Part shown: positions 25,768 to 36,227 of the stretch, one piece after another
Position numbering within the stretch: position 1 is the stretch's first letter
How the letters are laid out: each line of letters begins with the position of its first letter
DNA from: Candidatus Beckwithbacteria bacterium
Lineage (GTDB): Bacteria; Patescibacteriota; Microgenomatia; UBA1400; CG1-02-47-37
DNA length: 64,000 bases
Assembly: GCA_026397255.1 (NCBI GenBank)
Contig: JAPLVF010000013.1
Span: 9,481 to 73,480, forward strand
Direction of reading: 5' to 3'
Notes under the pieces: model-generated
What the model was told of the DNA's origin: nothing
Database searches by the model: none
Seen by the model: the letters and a program-made list of their open reading frames with translations, nothing else
Program-made: the position numbers and the translations under genes

Positions 25768-26645
25768 AAACTTAATAAACCATCGGCTAATTTTACTTTT
25801 GGCTGCCAGTGAAGATTTTTGACGGCTAAATGGTTTGCCAAAACACTCCGGACAATATCCCGGCCGCGGGCCGGAACCAATTTGGCTTTCAGCTTAGTTT
25901 TACCATTCCCGCATAACTTTAATAATTGATTAATGGTCGTTTCCTGACCGGTGCTGATATTAAAAATCCCCGATTGGGAAAACGATAAAGCCCGAATCAT
26001 GGCGGTAACGACATCGGATACATGAATAAAATCCCGTGTCTGTTGACCATTGCCGTAGATTAGCGGCGTGATCCCACGTTGAATTTGATTTAAGAAAATT
26101 GGGACAACCCCGCCTTCGGCCGAACTGTTCTGAAACGGACCGTAAACATTAGCCAAACGGAAAATCACTGTCGGGAAAAATTTTTTAAATTGACGGCAAT
26201 AAAGCTCACCGGTCAACTTAGATAAACCATAAAGAGAAATTGGTTTTAACGCGGAAGTTTCCTGAATCGGAAAGTTCCGGACTTCACCATAAACCGCGGC
26301 TGAAGAAGTAAATATTAATTGTTTGACTTGAGCGGCTTTGGCCGCCTCTAAAACATTATAGGTACCGATAATATTATTATGGATAATTTTGTCCAGCGTG
26401 CCGCTGACGCGGCTTTCCGCAGCCAAATGATAAATTACTGCCGGTTTAATTTTTTGAATCGTGTCAACCAGTTTTGAATCAGCAATATCCTGCCGGATGA
26501 CGCTAATAGAACCGGGCAAGCGGTTAGAGCTGGGAGAAGAAAAATTATCAATTACAAAAATTTGATAATTTAAATTAGTTAACTTTTTCACCAGATGAGA
26601 GCCGATAAACCCCAAACCGCCGGTGACGATAATTTTTCTGGTCAT
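25764..26645 (-). CDS. NAD-dependent epimerase/dehydratase (GalE-like)
   Basis: VTGGLGFIGSHLV and YGLSK motifs. Confidence 0.8.
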   Translation of the reverse strand: MTRKIIVTGGLGFIGSHLVKKLTNLNYQIFVIDNFSSPSSNRLPGSISVIRQDIADSKLVDTIQKIKPAVIYHLAAESRVSGTLDKIIHNNIIGTYNVLEAAKAAQVKQLIFTSSAAVYGEVRNFPIQETSALKPISLYGLSKLTGELYCRQFKKFFPTVIFRLANVYGPFQNSSAEGGVVPIFLNQIQRGITPLIYGNGQQTRDFIHVSDVVTAMIRALSFSQSGIFNISTGQETTINQLLKLCGNGKTKLKAKLVPARGRDIVRSVLANHLAVKNLHWQPKVKLADGLLSL

Positions 26646-27784
26646 GATATCCAGTACCCCCGGGAAAACCTAATAAACGCCCAGCTTAACAGCAGAACTG
26701 AGGCTATCAACCAAAGTATTTTCACTAATTTAGACTTAGTTGCCGCCACGAAATAAAACAAAGGGAAGGCGGTTAAGACATAACGCGGCATTGAGGCAAA
26801 ACTGCCGGTCAAAGTCGGCAGCAAATAGGCAGGAATAAGAAACAACAGATAACTTGTCCGGAATTTTTTCAATAAAGCAGAGATAATTAAAACCAGAAAA
26901 ATCAGGGAAATTAAAAATTCAAAAACCAGAACCGGGTAAATCTCATTTTGCGGACTGACCCCGAAAAACATTTTTAGGTAGCGAAAAATAACCTGATAAA
27001 TCATGACAAAAGTGTCTACCTGGCGGCCGGAACCAAAGCCCGGCTGCGCCGTGACAAAAATTAAGAAATTATGGAAACGGTGCTGTAAATAAGCCAAGTA
27101 CAAAAGTAAGCCGGAAGCGCTTAAAAAAGAGATTTTGAATAATGCCAGGAGATGATTTTTTTTATTTACCTGATAATACTCCCACAAAATCAGCGGCAGC
27201 AAAAAAATGCCGACCAAGCGGGTAGCCGAGGCCAGACCGGCAATTATGGCGGCAGGGATAAACCGCCGGGTCCGGGCTGAATAAAGGCAAAGAGCGACTA
27301 AAAAAAGGAACAAAGATTCAGTATAGACGCTGAAAAAGAAAAAGCTGGCCGGAAACAATAGCAATAGTAACAACGACCAACGGAGAGTTTTGACGGAATA
27401 ATCCAAGCGGCCCAGCTTAATAAAATAATAAATAAAACCAATCAGGCTTAAATGGGAAATAATCAGGCCGGAAAGCAAGTGGTTATGGGTAAGCAGGCTT
27501 AAAAATTTAATTAAATTTGGGTAGAGCGGAAAAAAGACCTGGGTTAAACCATAAAGATAACCTTCCTGGGCAATACTAAGGTAATGGACGCCGTCAAAAT
27601 TACCCCACAACCACAGCCAATCCGGCCCCTTGGGCTGCAAAAAAAGGTCCCAGTAAGGAAAACTACCCTTAAAGGGAACAAATTTTATCGCCAAACCGGC
27701 CACTAATTGTAAAAACAGACGGACGATTAAGGCTAAACCTAAAGCCTGGACAAATAATTTATTGTTGGTTAAGAATTTTTTCAT
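26642..27784 (-). CDS. polytopic membrane protein, candidate GT-C glycosyltransferase
   Basis: About 10 predicted TM helices. FDGVHYLSIAQEGY loop motif with conserved acidic/aromatic residues. Confidence 0.5.
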   Translation of the reverse strand: MKKFLTNNKLFVQALGLALIVRLFLQLVAGLAIKFVPFKGSFPYWDLFLQPKGPDWLWLWGNFDGVHYLSIAQEGYLYGLTQVFFPLYPNLIKFLSLLTHNHLLSGLIISHLSLIGFIYYFIKLGRLDYSVKTLRWSLLLLLLFPASFFFFSVYTESLFLFLVALCLYSARTRRFIPAAIIAGLASATRLVGIFLLPLILWEYYQVNKKNHLLALFKISFLSASGLLLYLAYLQHRFHNFLIFVTAQPGFGSGRQVDTFVMIYQVIFRYLKMFFGVSPQNEIYPVLVFEFLISLIFLVLIISALLKKFRTSYLLFLIPAYLLPTLTGSFASMPRYVLTAFPLFYFVAATKSKLVKILWLIASVLLLSWAFIRFSRGYWIS

Positions 27785-28784
27785 AAACTTTTAAGGTGGC
27801 GTGAGCAGTTGCAGCCCAAGAGAATTTAGCTGATTGAGTTAATCCTAACTGACGGTATTTTTCCCGTAAAGCGGAGTTTAGCCAAAAATTATTTAAGGCT
27901 TCGGCTAATTCAGATGGATTGGCAGGATTAATTAAAATTGCCGCCGAACCGCTGATCTCCGCCAAAGATGTGTCTTTAGAAGTAATTACCGGACAACCAC
28001 AGGCCATGGCTTCCAAAACCGGCAGGCCAAAGCCTTCGGCCAAACTGGGCTGACAATAAACTGTGGCTAAATTATAAACTGACACTAACTCATCTGTTTT
28101 AACAAAACCCAGGGTAATAATCTTATGGGGATTGGCTTTGGCTAATTCCTGAAATCTTACCAAGGCTTGGTTTTCCGGGTGATGCTTAGCAAAATCATGA
28201 CTGACAGCCTGTTGGCCGACTACCACTAAGGGAAAATTTAATTTAAGGCAAGTTTTGGCTAAAAATGGTAAATTTTTATTGAAATTAACATCACCAACAT
28301 AAAGAATAAATTTTCCCGGCAACCCAAAATTGTTGCTTGGTTTTATCGGCTTAAAAACCGGGTCGGGAGCTAAATAAACCACATTAACTTTGTCAGCGGA
28401 AATGCCGGTAAATTTGACAATGTCTTTTTTAGAAATTTGAGAGTCAGTGACAATTGCCGAGGCTGATCGTAATTGATTTTTTTGGATTAACCATCTGAGC
28501 TTGCCTTTAATTCCCGGTGGGAACTGGTCTGGAAATTTTAAGGGAGTTAAGTCATGAACCGTAATGACATAAGGGAAACGATTAATCAAAGGCAGGCTGA
28601 AATGGAAGGGATTAAAGCCCGGATAATGAACTAAATCAGCCAGCGAAGGCGCCTTTTTCTCAAATTTAATTAATTGAAGTGAAGGGATTTTTTCCAGTCC
28701 GGCGATTAAACGACGGGTATAAAAACCAATGCCCCGGAAGGAACTGGCAGAATTAAAACAACTGATATCAATGCCGATTTTCAT
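27759..28784 (-). CDS. glycosyltransferase family 4
   Basis: SLAEGFGLPVLEAMACGCPVITS motif. Confidence 0.8.
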   Translation of the reverse strand: MKIGIDISCFNSASSFRGIGFYTRRLIAGLEKIPSLQLIKFEKKAPSLADLVHYPGFNPFHFSLPLINRFPYVITVHDLTPLKFPDQFPPGIKGKLRWLIQKNQLRSASAIVTDSQISKKDIVKFTGISADKVNVVYLAPDPVFKPIKPSNNFGLPGKFILYVGDVNFNKNLPFLAKTCLKLNFPLVVVGQQAVSHDFAKHHPENQALVRFQELAKANPHKIITLGFVKTDELVSVYNLATVYCQPSLAEGFGLPVLEAMACGCPVITSKDTSLAEISGSAAILINPANPSELAEALNNFWLNSALREKYRQLGLTQSAKFSWAATAHATLKVYEKILNQQ

Positions 28785-29601
28785 GATTAAGCTCCCAAAA
28801 TTTAAGATAAATTACCGGAAAACGCAAAGCCGACATTAAAGAAAAAATAAAACCGGGCAGGCCATCGACAAAACCTTTATGGCGAAAGTAGGTAGAAAAA
28901 AACCAAACCTTAGGTTTAATAATAAAATACTGAAAACACAGCCAAAGGCTTGGTTTAAAATTCTCTTGTTTAAGTTTAGCGGCAGCCAAAGAGGTGTAGC
29001 GATTAAAGCGGGTGAGATAACGACTAAAATGGCGGTCAGAGTAATGAATGATAGGATTGGTAAGATAACCGACCGGACCGTCAATGATAATCTGCTCATG
29101 AACAGTTTCACAGGGAAAACTCCCCTTACCGTTAAGAAAAAGACGGATAATATAATCAGGATATTGGCCGCCTTTAGTTAAAAACCTGGTCAGAAAAAAA
29201 TTTTTTCTGGGAAGATAATAGCCATTAAATTGAGGGTGTGGTTGGTTGATTATTTTTTTAATTTCCCGAGCCAATTCCGGACTGACTCTTTCATCGGCAT
29301 CCAGCTGTAAAATCCATTTACCGCTAGCTTTATCCACTGCCAACTGTTTATTAATATGAAAAATCGGCTTATTGGTCACCTGAAAAACTTTGGCGGAAAA
29401 AGTTTTAGCAATCTCTCTGGTTTTATCCTGTGAACTACCGTCAACAATAATAATTTCGTCAGCTAAAGTTTTAACTGATAATAAGCAGTCTTTAATATTA
29501 GCCGCCTCGTTATAGGTGGCTAAAACTACACTAAGCGATATTTGCATAATAAGTAAAACGCCTGCAGGCCGTCTACCCAGGTAATTTTTTTTCCTTCGCA
29601 A
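28768..29601 (-). CDS. glycosyltransferase family 2
   Basis: LSVVLATYNEAANI...VDGSSQDKT...LQLDADE. Confidence 0.75.
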   Translation of the reverse strand: MRRKKNYLGRRPAGVLLIMQISLSVVLATYNEAANIKDCLLSVKTLADEIIIVDGSSQDKTREIAKTFSAKVFQVTNKPIFHINKQLAVDKASGKWILQLDADERVSPELAREIKKIINQPHPQFNGYYLPRKNFFLTRFLTKGGQYPDYIIRLFLNGKGSFPCETVHEQIIIDGPVGYLTNPIIHYSDRHFSRYLTRFNRYTSLAAAKLKQENFKPSLWLCFQYFIIKPKVWFFSTYFRHKGFVDGLPGFIFSLMSALRFPVIYLKFWELNHENRH

Positions 29602-30197
29602 AATTCGCGGCCGGAATAAGAAATCGGCACTTCGTAAATTCGGATTCCCTGTTTTAAAATTTTACTGGTAACTTCCGGCTCAAAACCGAAACGGTTCTCT
29701 TTCAAATCCAGGGAAAGTAATAGTTTTTTAGGAAACAATTTATAGCCGACTTCCATGTCAGAAATAGTGGTGTTGTAAAAAAGATTTGTCAGAAAAGATA
29801 AAAATCTGTTTCCGGCTAAGTGCCAAAAAAGCATATTCCGATGCGGCCCCAAAAACCTAGAGCCATAAACAACTGCCGCCTGGTTATTTAAAACCGGGGT
29901 AAGTAATAACTTAATATCCTCCGGATCATATTCCAAGTCCGCATCCTGGATTAAGACATAGTCGCCGGTGACTTGTTTAAGGCCGGCCCGAATCGCTGCC
30001 CCTTTACCTTGATTTTTGGATAAATTAATCGTTTTAATTCCGGAAATTCCGGCAATAATTTTTTTGGTCGTATCAGTCGAACCATCGTTAACGACAATAA
30101 TTTCCGGGGAAATTTTGGTTAATTTCTTAACCTTAGTAATAATCTGACGAATTGTCCCGGCTTCGTTAAAACTGGGAATAATAACTGATAATTTCAT
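29526..30197 (-). CDS. GT2 polyprenol-phosphate sugar synthase (DPM1-like)
   Basis: MKLSVIIPSFNEAGTI...NDGSTDTT...IQDADLEYDP. Confidence 0.8.
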   Translation of the reverse strand: MKLSVIIPSFNEAGTIRQIITKVKKLTKISPEIIVVNDGSTDTTKKIIAGISGIKTINLSKNQGKGAAIRAGLKQVTGDYVLIQDADLEYDPEDIKLLLTPVLNNQAAVVYGSRFLGPHRNMLFWHLAGNRFLSFLTNLFYNTTISDMEVGYKLFPKKLLLSLDLKENRFGFEPEVTSKILKQGIRIYEVPISYSGREFCEGKKITWVDGLQAFYLLCKYRLV

Positions 30198-30730
30198 AGA
30201 CGCTGTAAATCGGGTTTAGTGGCCGAATATAACCACTGTTTGCCGTCACTGCCGGCAAACTGCATTTGTTGGGTGGAAGGATAATAAGCTTTAAAAATTA
30301 AGTCTGTCTGATGATTTAGCTTTAATCTGATAAGCTGGATTAATTCCCCGCGCCCGTCGATAACGTAAAAAGTCGGCTCCGGCGCTTTGTCCTGATAACC
30401 GATTAAGTTCTTGTCCGAGTCAAAAAACTGAAGGGTTAAATCAGACAACCGTCCGTTAGGATCAATTTCCACCCGGGCCGGAATGGTTTTGTCTTTTAAC
30501 TTAAACTGGCAAAAATCCCGGCAGTCAACCTTAATCAATAAAGGATCAATTGAGGCAAGCGGTGTTCCTAATTCCGACGCCTCATATTTTAAACTAGTAA
30601 AAGCGTGAACAAACCGGCTAAGACTAATCCGCCGGTAGCCAGAATCGACAAAAACCTGATAAAATACAAGCAGTAGAAGCCAAAGCAAGGAAAGACAAAG
30701 AAATAACCAATGGCCAACAAGTTTATTCAT
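30194..30730 (-). CDS. hypothetical membrane-anchored protein
   Basis: N-terminal TM helix then a soluble domain. No recognised motif. Confidence 0.45.
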   Translation of the reverse strand: MNKLVGHWLFLCLSLLWLLLLVFYQVFVDSGYRRISLSRFVHAFTSLKYEASELGTPLASIDPLLIKVDCRDFCQFKLKDKTIPARVEIDPNGRLSDLTLQFFDSDKNLIGYQDKAPEPTFYVIDGRGELIQLIRLKLNHQTDLIFKAYYPSTQQMQFAGSDGKQWLYSATKPDLQRL

Positions 30731-32086
30731 AAAATTATCCGATCCAAGAGAATTATATCATTAATTATCGTTTGGGCCCTGATAATTTTAGGGGTAACTT
30801 TAAGGGGATTTAAGGCCGATATTTATCCAACCGATAACAACGACGACGGCTTGTTTTATGCTTGGGCCGGAATTTCTTTCTGGGATAACCCACTTAGACC
30901 GATCACCCATTCAATTTTTGACAATAACAATCCGGCGCTTGTCTGGCGGTCACAATTTAGAGATTTTATTCCGTTAGAAAGATTTGGTCTGAAGCTGGTT
31001 GAGCCTTGGCTGGACCATCCGCCGTTAGGCGCGGCAATTATCGGCCTGCCGGCCCGATTATTGGGCTACCGGGGCTTTGAACCGATTCCCCAGATGATTG
31101 TCCGCTTGCCGGCCTTAATTGCCAGCATCTTTACTTTATTTTTAACTTATCTTTTAGGGAAAAAACTATTCGGGGAAAAAGTCGGACGATTGTCATTATT
31201 ATTTCTCGCTACCGTTCCTTATTATGTCATCAGTCAGCGGCAATCCTTCTTAGAAAATATTTTAACGCCGGTGGTTTTAGCCGCCTTAATTTTCTTACAC
31301 GAAAGCAAACTATTACCAGCGCTAATTTTGGCCTTCTTTTGCGGCTGGATTAAAGTGCCGGGTTTTGCCGTCCCTCTGATGATCGCTGTCTGGCTACTGC
31401 AGAAAAAACAACTAAAAGCGGCGATGGCTTTTGTCGGAACAGGAATTTTATCCGTAGTCACTTATCTTATTTACGGTTTTGCGGCCGACAGAAATGCGTT
31501 TTTATTTATTTTGACCAATCAAGCTGACCGAGGCGCTTTTGTTAATTCAGTCTTTGATGCAATTACTAAGCCTCATTTTTACGGCGGGTTTAACGACGGC
31601 TGGTATGTTTTAGGCTTTATCTTCAGTTTTTTAATGCTGACAAAATTTAAAAAAGAATCTTTTAAGTTTTTTAATTGGTTTTTAAGTATGTGGCTGTTGC
31701 TGCTTTTTTTAATTGCCGGCCGCTATAATAATTCGCCCTGGTACTGGTTTCCTTTGATTCCTTTTTTCTCCATTTCCTTAGGTTATTTTGCTAATCTTCT
31801 CTTAAAAAAACACCATTTGTTTTTGGTTTTACCTTTTTGGCTCTTAGGTTTAACCGGTTTTGATTTGTTAAAAATTAACCTCAACCCGAATTATTTGCGT
31901 TTGGCAACGATATTTTTCTTTATTCCATTTGGACTGAATTTAAAAAAAATTACTGTTTGGCTGACGCGATTATTGCTAATTGCTTTGGTTTGCCTAAATA
32001 TTTATGTAATCTTACGTTACCCGACGATTCACTGCCGGGAAGAAGAGTGCCTGGCGCCGACAAAAATAATTCTAAATTATGAATAA
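30710..32086 (+). CDS. polytopic membrane protein, candidate GT-C
   Basis: 458 aa with multiple TM helices. First loop contains DNNDDGLFYAWAG, an acidic cluster. Confidence 0.5.
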   Translation: MANKFIHKIIRSKRIISLIIVWALIILGVTLRGFKADIYPTDNNDDGLFYAWAGISFWDNPLRPITHSIFDNNNPALVWRSQFRDFIPLERFGLKLVEPWLDHPPLGAAIIGLPARLLGYRGFEPIPQMIVRLPALIASIFTLFLTYLLGKKLFGEKVGRLSLLFLATVPYYVISQRQSFLENILTPVVLAALIFLHESKLLPALILAFFCGWIKVPGFAVPLMIAVWLLQKKQLKAAMAFVGTGILSVVTYLIYGFAADRNAFLFILTNQADRGAFVNSVFDAITKPHFYGGFNDGWYVLGFIFSFLMLTKFKKESFKFFNWFLSMWLLLLFLIAGRYNNSPWYWFPLIPFFSISLGYFANLLLKKHHLFLVLPFWLLGLTGFDLLKINLNPNYLRLATIFFFIPFGLNLKKITVWLTRLLLIALVCLNIYVILRYPTIHCREEECLAPTKIILNYE

Positions 32087-33557
32087 GCAAAGAATTTTTC
32101 ATTTGGTGGTTTTGGGAATAGTTATGCTGGTGTCTTTCCGGATTGCCCAAGCAAGAAGCCTATCAATGCATTTCGTGGATGAAGAAGATCATATGACGAT
32201 TGGTCGACTGACCAACAGAGGATTCAAACTTTACCAGGATATCCAGTCAAACCATCAACCGATTGTCTATTTTACTTCGGCTAAACTGCAACAATTACTT
32301 AATCCGCCGAATATTTTTATGCTGGTCCGCCGCCACCGGCAGGCAATGTTTGTTTACGGAGCAATCTGGAGTTTACTGATTGTCTGGCGTTTTAAAACCG
32401 TCGGTTTAATTTTCGTAATCTTTTTTGAATTTTTAAAGTATTATCTCTTCGGCAATCTTTGGTTAATGGAGGCGTTTGCCGCATATCCGGCAGTGTATTT
32501 ATTCGGAACAATGCTGCAGGTTTGGTTTAAAAATCAAAATATTAAAAAATCCGAACTTGTCTTTTTAGGCATATGTTCGTTTTTAGTTTTGTTTAATTTG
32601 GTGCCTTTGTGGCCATGCTTAGCTTTTATGTGGCTGCTCTTTTTATTAAAAATTAAAAAGAAAATTTTTTGGATGGTAGCGGCATTATTAACATCAACGC
32701 TAATTTTTTTCACACTGTCCCGGTATTCCGTCGCTGATTGGTTTATCAGAACAGTCTATAACAACTTTGTTTATGCCGTCCCGACCATGTCACCATTGCA
32801 TGGACCCGGTGACTGGTTAAAAATGATTTTTTTCCCGTTTTTGGCCTACTTTACCCCCAACTCTTTGCAGGCGCAATTTATTAGTTTATTTTTCAGCGTC
32901 TATCTGTTGGCCGTGGTCTTTAAACGAAAATTGTTAATAATTTACCCCTTACTGCTTCTGGCTAATAACCGGGTACTATCGCCCGGCACGGTTTATTATG
33001 AAGGTTTTCATTTACTCCCCTGGCTGGGATTAATGATTTTTACTTTCAGTTTCTGCTTAAAAACAATTAAATTTAAATTTTGGCCGGTTTGGTTAATTTG
33101 GGCGATGATTTTACTGACTAATAAAAACATGGCCTATTTTTGGAAAACTGACCCAAATTATGAATACTATGTAAATTATTCCACTTTTGACGATTTAAAT
33201 TTTGCCATAAAAATAATCAACCAGGAAGGCCAAAAAATGGCGGTTTCTGTTTTAACTAATGAGGTTTTAGTCCAATGGAAAACTTTAACCAGCCCAGCGA
33301 CTAAACAAGTGGTTAGTTACGCCTGGGAGCGGAAAATTCCGGCATTAAAAGAAGAGTATAGTCGGGTTTTTAATATCAATAATCCTAATCCGCCGGAATT
33401 TATTTACGGCGAAATGGAACGTGAGTTAGTTCAAGCTAAATACCATTCTCTTTCCCGGGACGGAAAATCGACGGGATTATTTATCAGAAAAGATATTTAT
33501 GGAAAAATTACTCCTGAGCAATGGGAAGCGTTAGCGACCAGAAGATTTAGTCGCTGA
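32079..33557 (+). CDS. polytopic membrane protein with C-terminal soluble domain
   Basis: 492 aa, about 12 TM helices then a ~120 aa hydrophilic tail. Confidence 0.5.
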   Translation: MNKQRIFHLVVLGIVMLVSFRIAQARSLSMHFVDEEDHMTIGRLTNRGFKLYQDIQSNHQPIVYFTSAKLQQLLNPPNIFMLVRRHRQAMFVYGAIWSLLIVWRFKTVGLIFVIFFEFLKYYLFGNLWLMEAFAAYPAVYLFGTMLQVWFKNQNIKKSELVFLGICSFLVLFNLVPLWPCLAFMWLLFLLKIKKKIFWMVAALLTSTLIFFTLSRYSVADWFIRTVYNNFVYAVPTMSPLHGPGDWLKMIFFPFLAYFTPNSLQAQFISLFFSVYLLAVVFKRKLLIIYPLLLLANNRVLSPGTVYYEGFHLLPWLGLMIFTFSFCLKTIKFKFWPVWLIWAMILLTNKNMAYFWKTDPNYEYYVNYSTFDDLNFAIKIINQEGQKMAVSVLTNEVLVQWKTLTSPATKQVVSYAWERKIPALKEEYSRVFNINNPNPPEFIYGEMERELVQAKYHSLSRDGKSTGLFIRKDIYGKITPEQWEALATRRFSR

Positions 33558-34905
33558 TGGTGACATTGGCAAACTGATAGGCATTAGTCAGGCCGGCGGT
33601 ATCCGGAGGAGTCCAGAGTGCAGTCTGCTGAAATAAGACCGGATCAATCTTTAAATATATTAACGGGTAAAGATAGGTAGAATCATGAACTCCGGATAAA
33701 TTTATTGGCTCAGAATCTTCAGAATTTTTAGTTAATTTTAATAAATTTTCTTTTAAGCCAATCGGCAGACTGGAGGTAACTTTAACAGGATAAACTTGGA
33801 GATATTGATAGCCGGCATAAGCAACATTAATAAAATAGATTACAGCAATTATGGGTAAGAATTTTTTAATTTTAGTTAGTCCGACAGAAGCTAAAATTAA
33901 GATAATCGGCAATAAAAATAATGCCCGGGTGGAATGAGGCGCATCAATCGTTATTGCCGAGGTTAGGGGGGCTAACAGCAACCAGCTGATAAATAATAAT
34001 TTAGGCTTGGTTAATTTAAGCAAGCCGATAACCGCTAAAATAATTTCGATGGCGTAGAAATTGCCCACTCCGGGAATTTGATGCCACGGATGATTGTCTC
34101 CTTTAAAAATTAAAAATTGAGGGGAAAAAGTGTTTAAATAATTCCTGGCAGTTATTTTACCGAAATAAATATATTTATTGAAAAATAATTTGGTTTTCAG
34201 AGGATTTTGTTGATATTGAATTGTCCGCTCGCGATTATAGGTGTCGATTAAATAAGGATCGGAAAAAACCGTAATTGCCTGCTTTTGCTGGGAAACCCGC
34301 CAGATACCGGCAAAAACTCCTAGGAAACAACAAATAAACAAAACAGAGGCAATTATTCCCGGACGGTAACGCCAAAAGAAAACCAGGGAAAACAAGGGGA
34401 TAAAAATTAATGCCGAAGAATAAGCCAGACAGGCTAACAGCCAAAAGAAAAAGCCAAGGGTTTTTTTCTTTAATAACAGCCAAAGACCGACGAGAAATAA
34501 GGCCAAAGCTAAGTTTGCCTCAAAAGCAATCCGGGAATAAAAAACTGCCCAGGGATTTAATGCCAAAAAGAAACTGGCCCATATATTTTTTGAGATAAAG
34601 TAAATAGCGATAACACTAATTACTCCGGAAAGAGCTGACCAGAAACGGATGGAAAAATCATTAAGGCCGAAAAGTTTAACCGGTAAAACCGTGGCATAGA
34701 TATATAAAGGCATTTTATAATCACCGATAGATTTAAAAGCTAGCGGCCAAGAGACACCATGTTCGTCTTTCCCGGTTTTTAAAATCGAGTAGGCATTATA
34801 ACCAATGGCGGCTTCATCACGGTTTAATGCCGGCGGCAAACTATCCAAGCCGGCAAACCGGATTAAGGCAGCCATTAAAACTATTACTAAAAAGAATTTA
34901 GACAA
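33547..34905 (-). CDS. PMT/ArnT-like GT-C glycosyltransferase (GT39/GT83-like, PMT_2)
   Basis: First-loop motif NRDEAAIGYNAYSILKTGKDEHGVSWPLAFKSIGDYKMPLYIY. A DE dyad in loop 1 as in PMT/ArnT families. Confidence 0.65.
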   Translation of the reverse strand: MSKFFLVIVLMAALIRFAGLDSLPPALNRDEAAIGYNAYSILKTGKDEHGVSWPLAFKSIGDYKMPLYIYATVLPVKLFGLNDFSIRFWSALSGVISVIAIYFISKNIWASFFLALNPWAVFYSRIAFEANLALALFLVGLWLLLKKKTLGFFFWLLACLAYSSALIFIPLFSLVFFWRYRPGIIASVLFICCFLGVFAGIWRVSQQKQAITVFSDPYLIDTYNRERTIQYQQNPLKTKLFFNKYIYFGKITARNYLNTFSPQFLIFKGDNHPWHQIPGVGNFYAIEIILAVIGLLKLTKPKLLFISWLLLAPLTSAITIDAPHSTRALFLLPIILILASVGLTKIKKFLPIIAVIYFINVAYAGYQYLQVYPVKVTSSLPIGLKENLLKLTKNSEDSEPINLSGVHDSTYLYPLIYLKIDPVLFQQTALWTPPDTAGLTNAYQFANVTISD

Positions 34906-36209
34906 ATAGCCTCCTGAGGACAGACTGACGGCAGATAATAATAAAATTTTTGATTGGCTGGGAATAAACTTAAATCATTTAAATAGAAAGCAAAATATAA
35001 TTCCGGCTGGTATAACCGATTGCTAATATAAACCGGCTGAACCGGCAGTCTGTCTTTAAATTGCAGGGCTGCTTGTTTATACGGCAAAATCCAGGCAGCG
35101 GCTGACCGACCGGGATAATGAATAAAATAGTCATGTAAATAAAAAGATAAATTTAAAATTAAAGCCAGGCTAAAAATAATGCTAATAATGGTCTTAAACC
35201 GGCTCCAGCCTAAGCCAATCAGCCAGGCTAAAGGAATCATCAGATAAATTGCCCGGGAAGCATGCGGAGTTTCGTTTACTAAGGCGGCGATTGTCGGGCT
35301 TAATAATAACCAAGCCAATATCAGCCAAACTTCTTTCCGACGGTAATTTAATAAAGCCACGAGGCCGCTGACCAATAAAATTCCCTGTACCAGTAGCAGT
35401 TCACCGCCAAAGCCGGAATGATGGCGAAGATTGGGGTCGCCGCTGACTAATAAGAACTGCGGATCAAAATAAGATGAGTAATTAAGCAGAAATTTTTTAA
35501 TTCTTTCCGGCTTTCTTTCAGTTGAAGTAATTAAATTATCATTGGAAAGACGGTACTGCTGACTGGCCGCATAATAAGGCGATTTAATTAAAATAATCAG
35601 GCTGACAATAATTAAGAGCAAGCCTAAAAAAAACTGTGTTAATTTAGTCCGGCTGTAAAGCAAAAAAGCCAAGACAAACAAAACCGGGGCTAAAATTCTC
35701 AAACTAAAATAGGTGTAAATGCCTAAAATAACGGCAAGGCTGGATAAAAATACCCTTTTTTTGATAATTAAATAAACGGCTAAGACTAACCAAAATAAAG
35801 ACAGGTGCGATTCCATGCCGATGCGGCTGAAATGAATGCTCCAGGGCATAATTAAAAAGCTCACCGCTACATATGGACCAAGCCATTTAAATAACAGCCA
35901 GGCGATTCCCAATGAGGCTAATAGCGACGGCAGTCGGATGGTTAACTCGGAAATATTAATGACTTTACCCAAAATCGTTACCAGCCAAATATAAACCGGG
36001 GCCTTGTAGTCGCCGTAAGAAATAAAAATCGGCTGAAGCCAGGAATGACCGTTAAGGTCTTTACCTGTTTGCAACAACGAACGGGCATCTAAGCCAATGG
36101 CAACTTCATCCCAATAAAGGCTGACAGGAATTTTCCCAAACTGATAAAAACGGGCAAACAATCCCAGAAGCCCTAATCCAAATAAAAGAACTAACAGACC
36201 TTTTTTCAT
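34887..36209 (-). CDS. PMT/ArnT-like GT-C glycosyltransferase
   Basis: WDEVAIGLDARSLLQTGKDLNGHSWLQPIFISYGDYKAPVYIW is the paralogous motif. Confidence 0.65.
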   Translation of the reverse strand: MKKGLLVLLFGLGLLGLFARFYQFGKIPVSLYWDEVAIGLDARSLLQTGKDLNGHSWLQPIFISYGDYKAPVYIWLVTILGKVINISELTIRLPSLLASLGIAWLLFKWLGPYVAVSFLIMPWSIHFSRIGMESHLSLFWLVLAVYLIIKKRVFLSSLAVILGIYTYFSLRILAPVLFVLAFLLYSRTKLTQFFLGLLLIIVSLIILIKSPYYAASQQYRLSNDNLITSTERKPERIKKFLLNYSSYFDPQFLLVSGDPNLRHHSGFGGELLLVQGILLVSGLVALLNYRRKEVWLILAWLLLSPTIAALVNETPHASRAIYLMIPLAWLIGLGWSRFKTIISIIFSLALILNLSFYLHDYFIHYPGRSAAAWILPYKQAALQFKDRLPVQPVYISNRLYQPELYFAFYLNDLSLFPANQKFYYYLPSVCPQEAICLNSF

Positions 36210-36227
36210 TTATACTATTATTATAGT

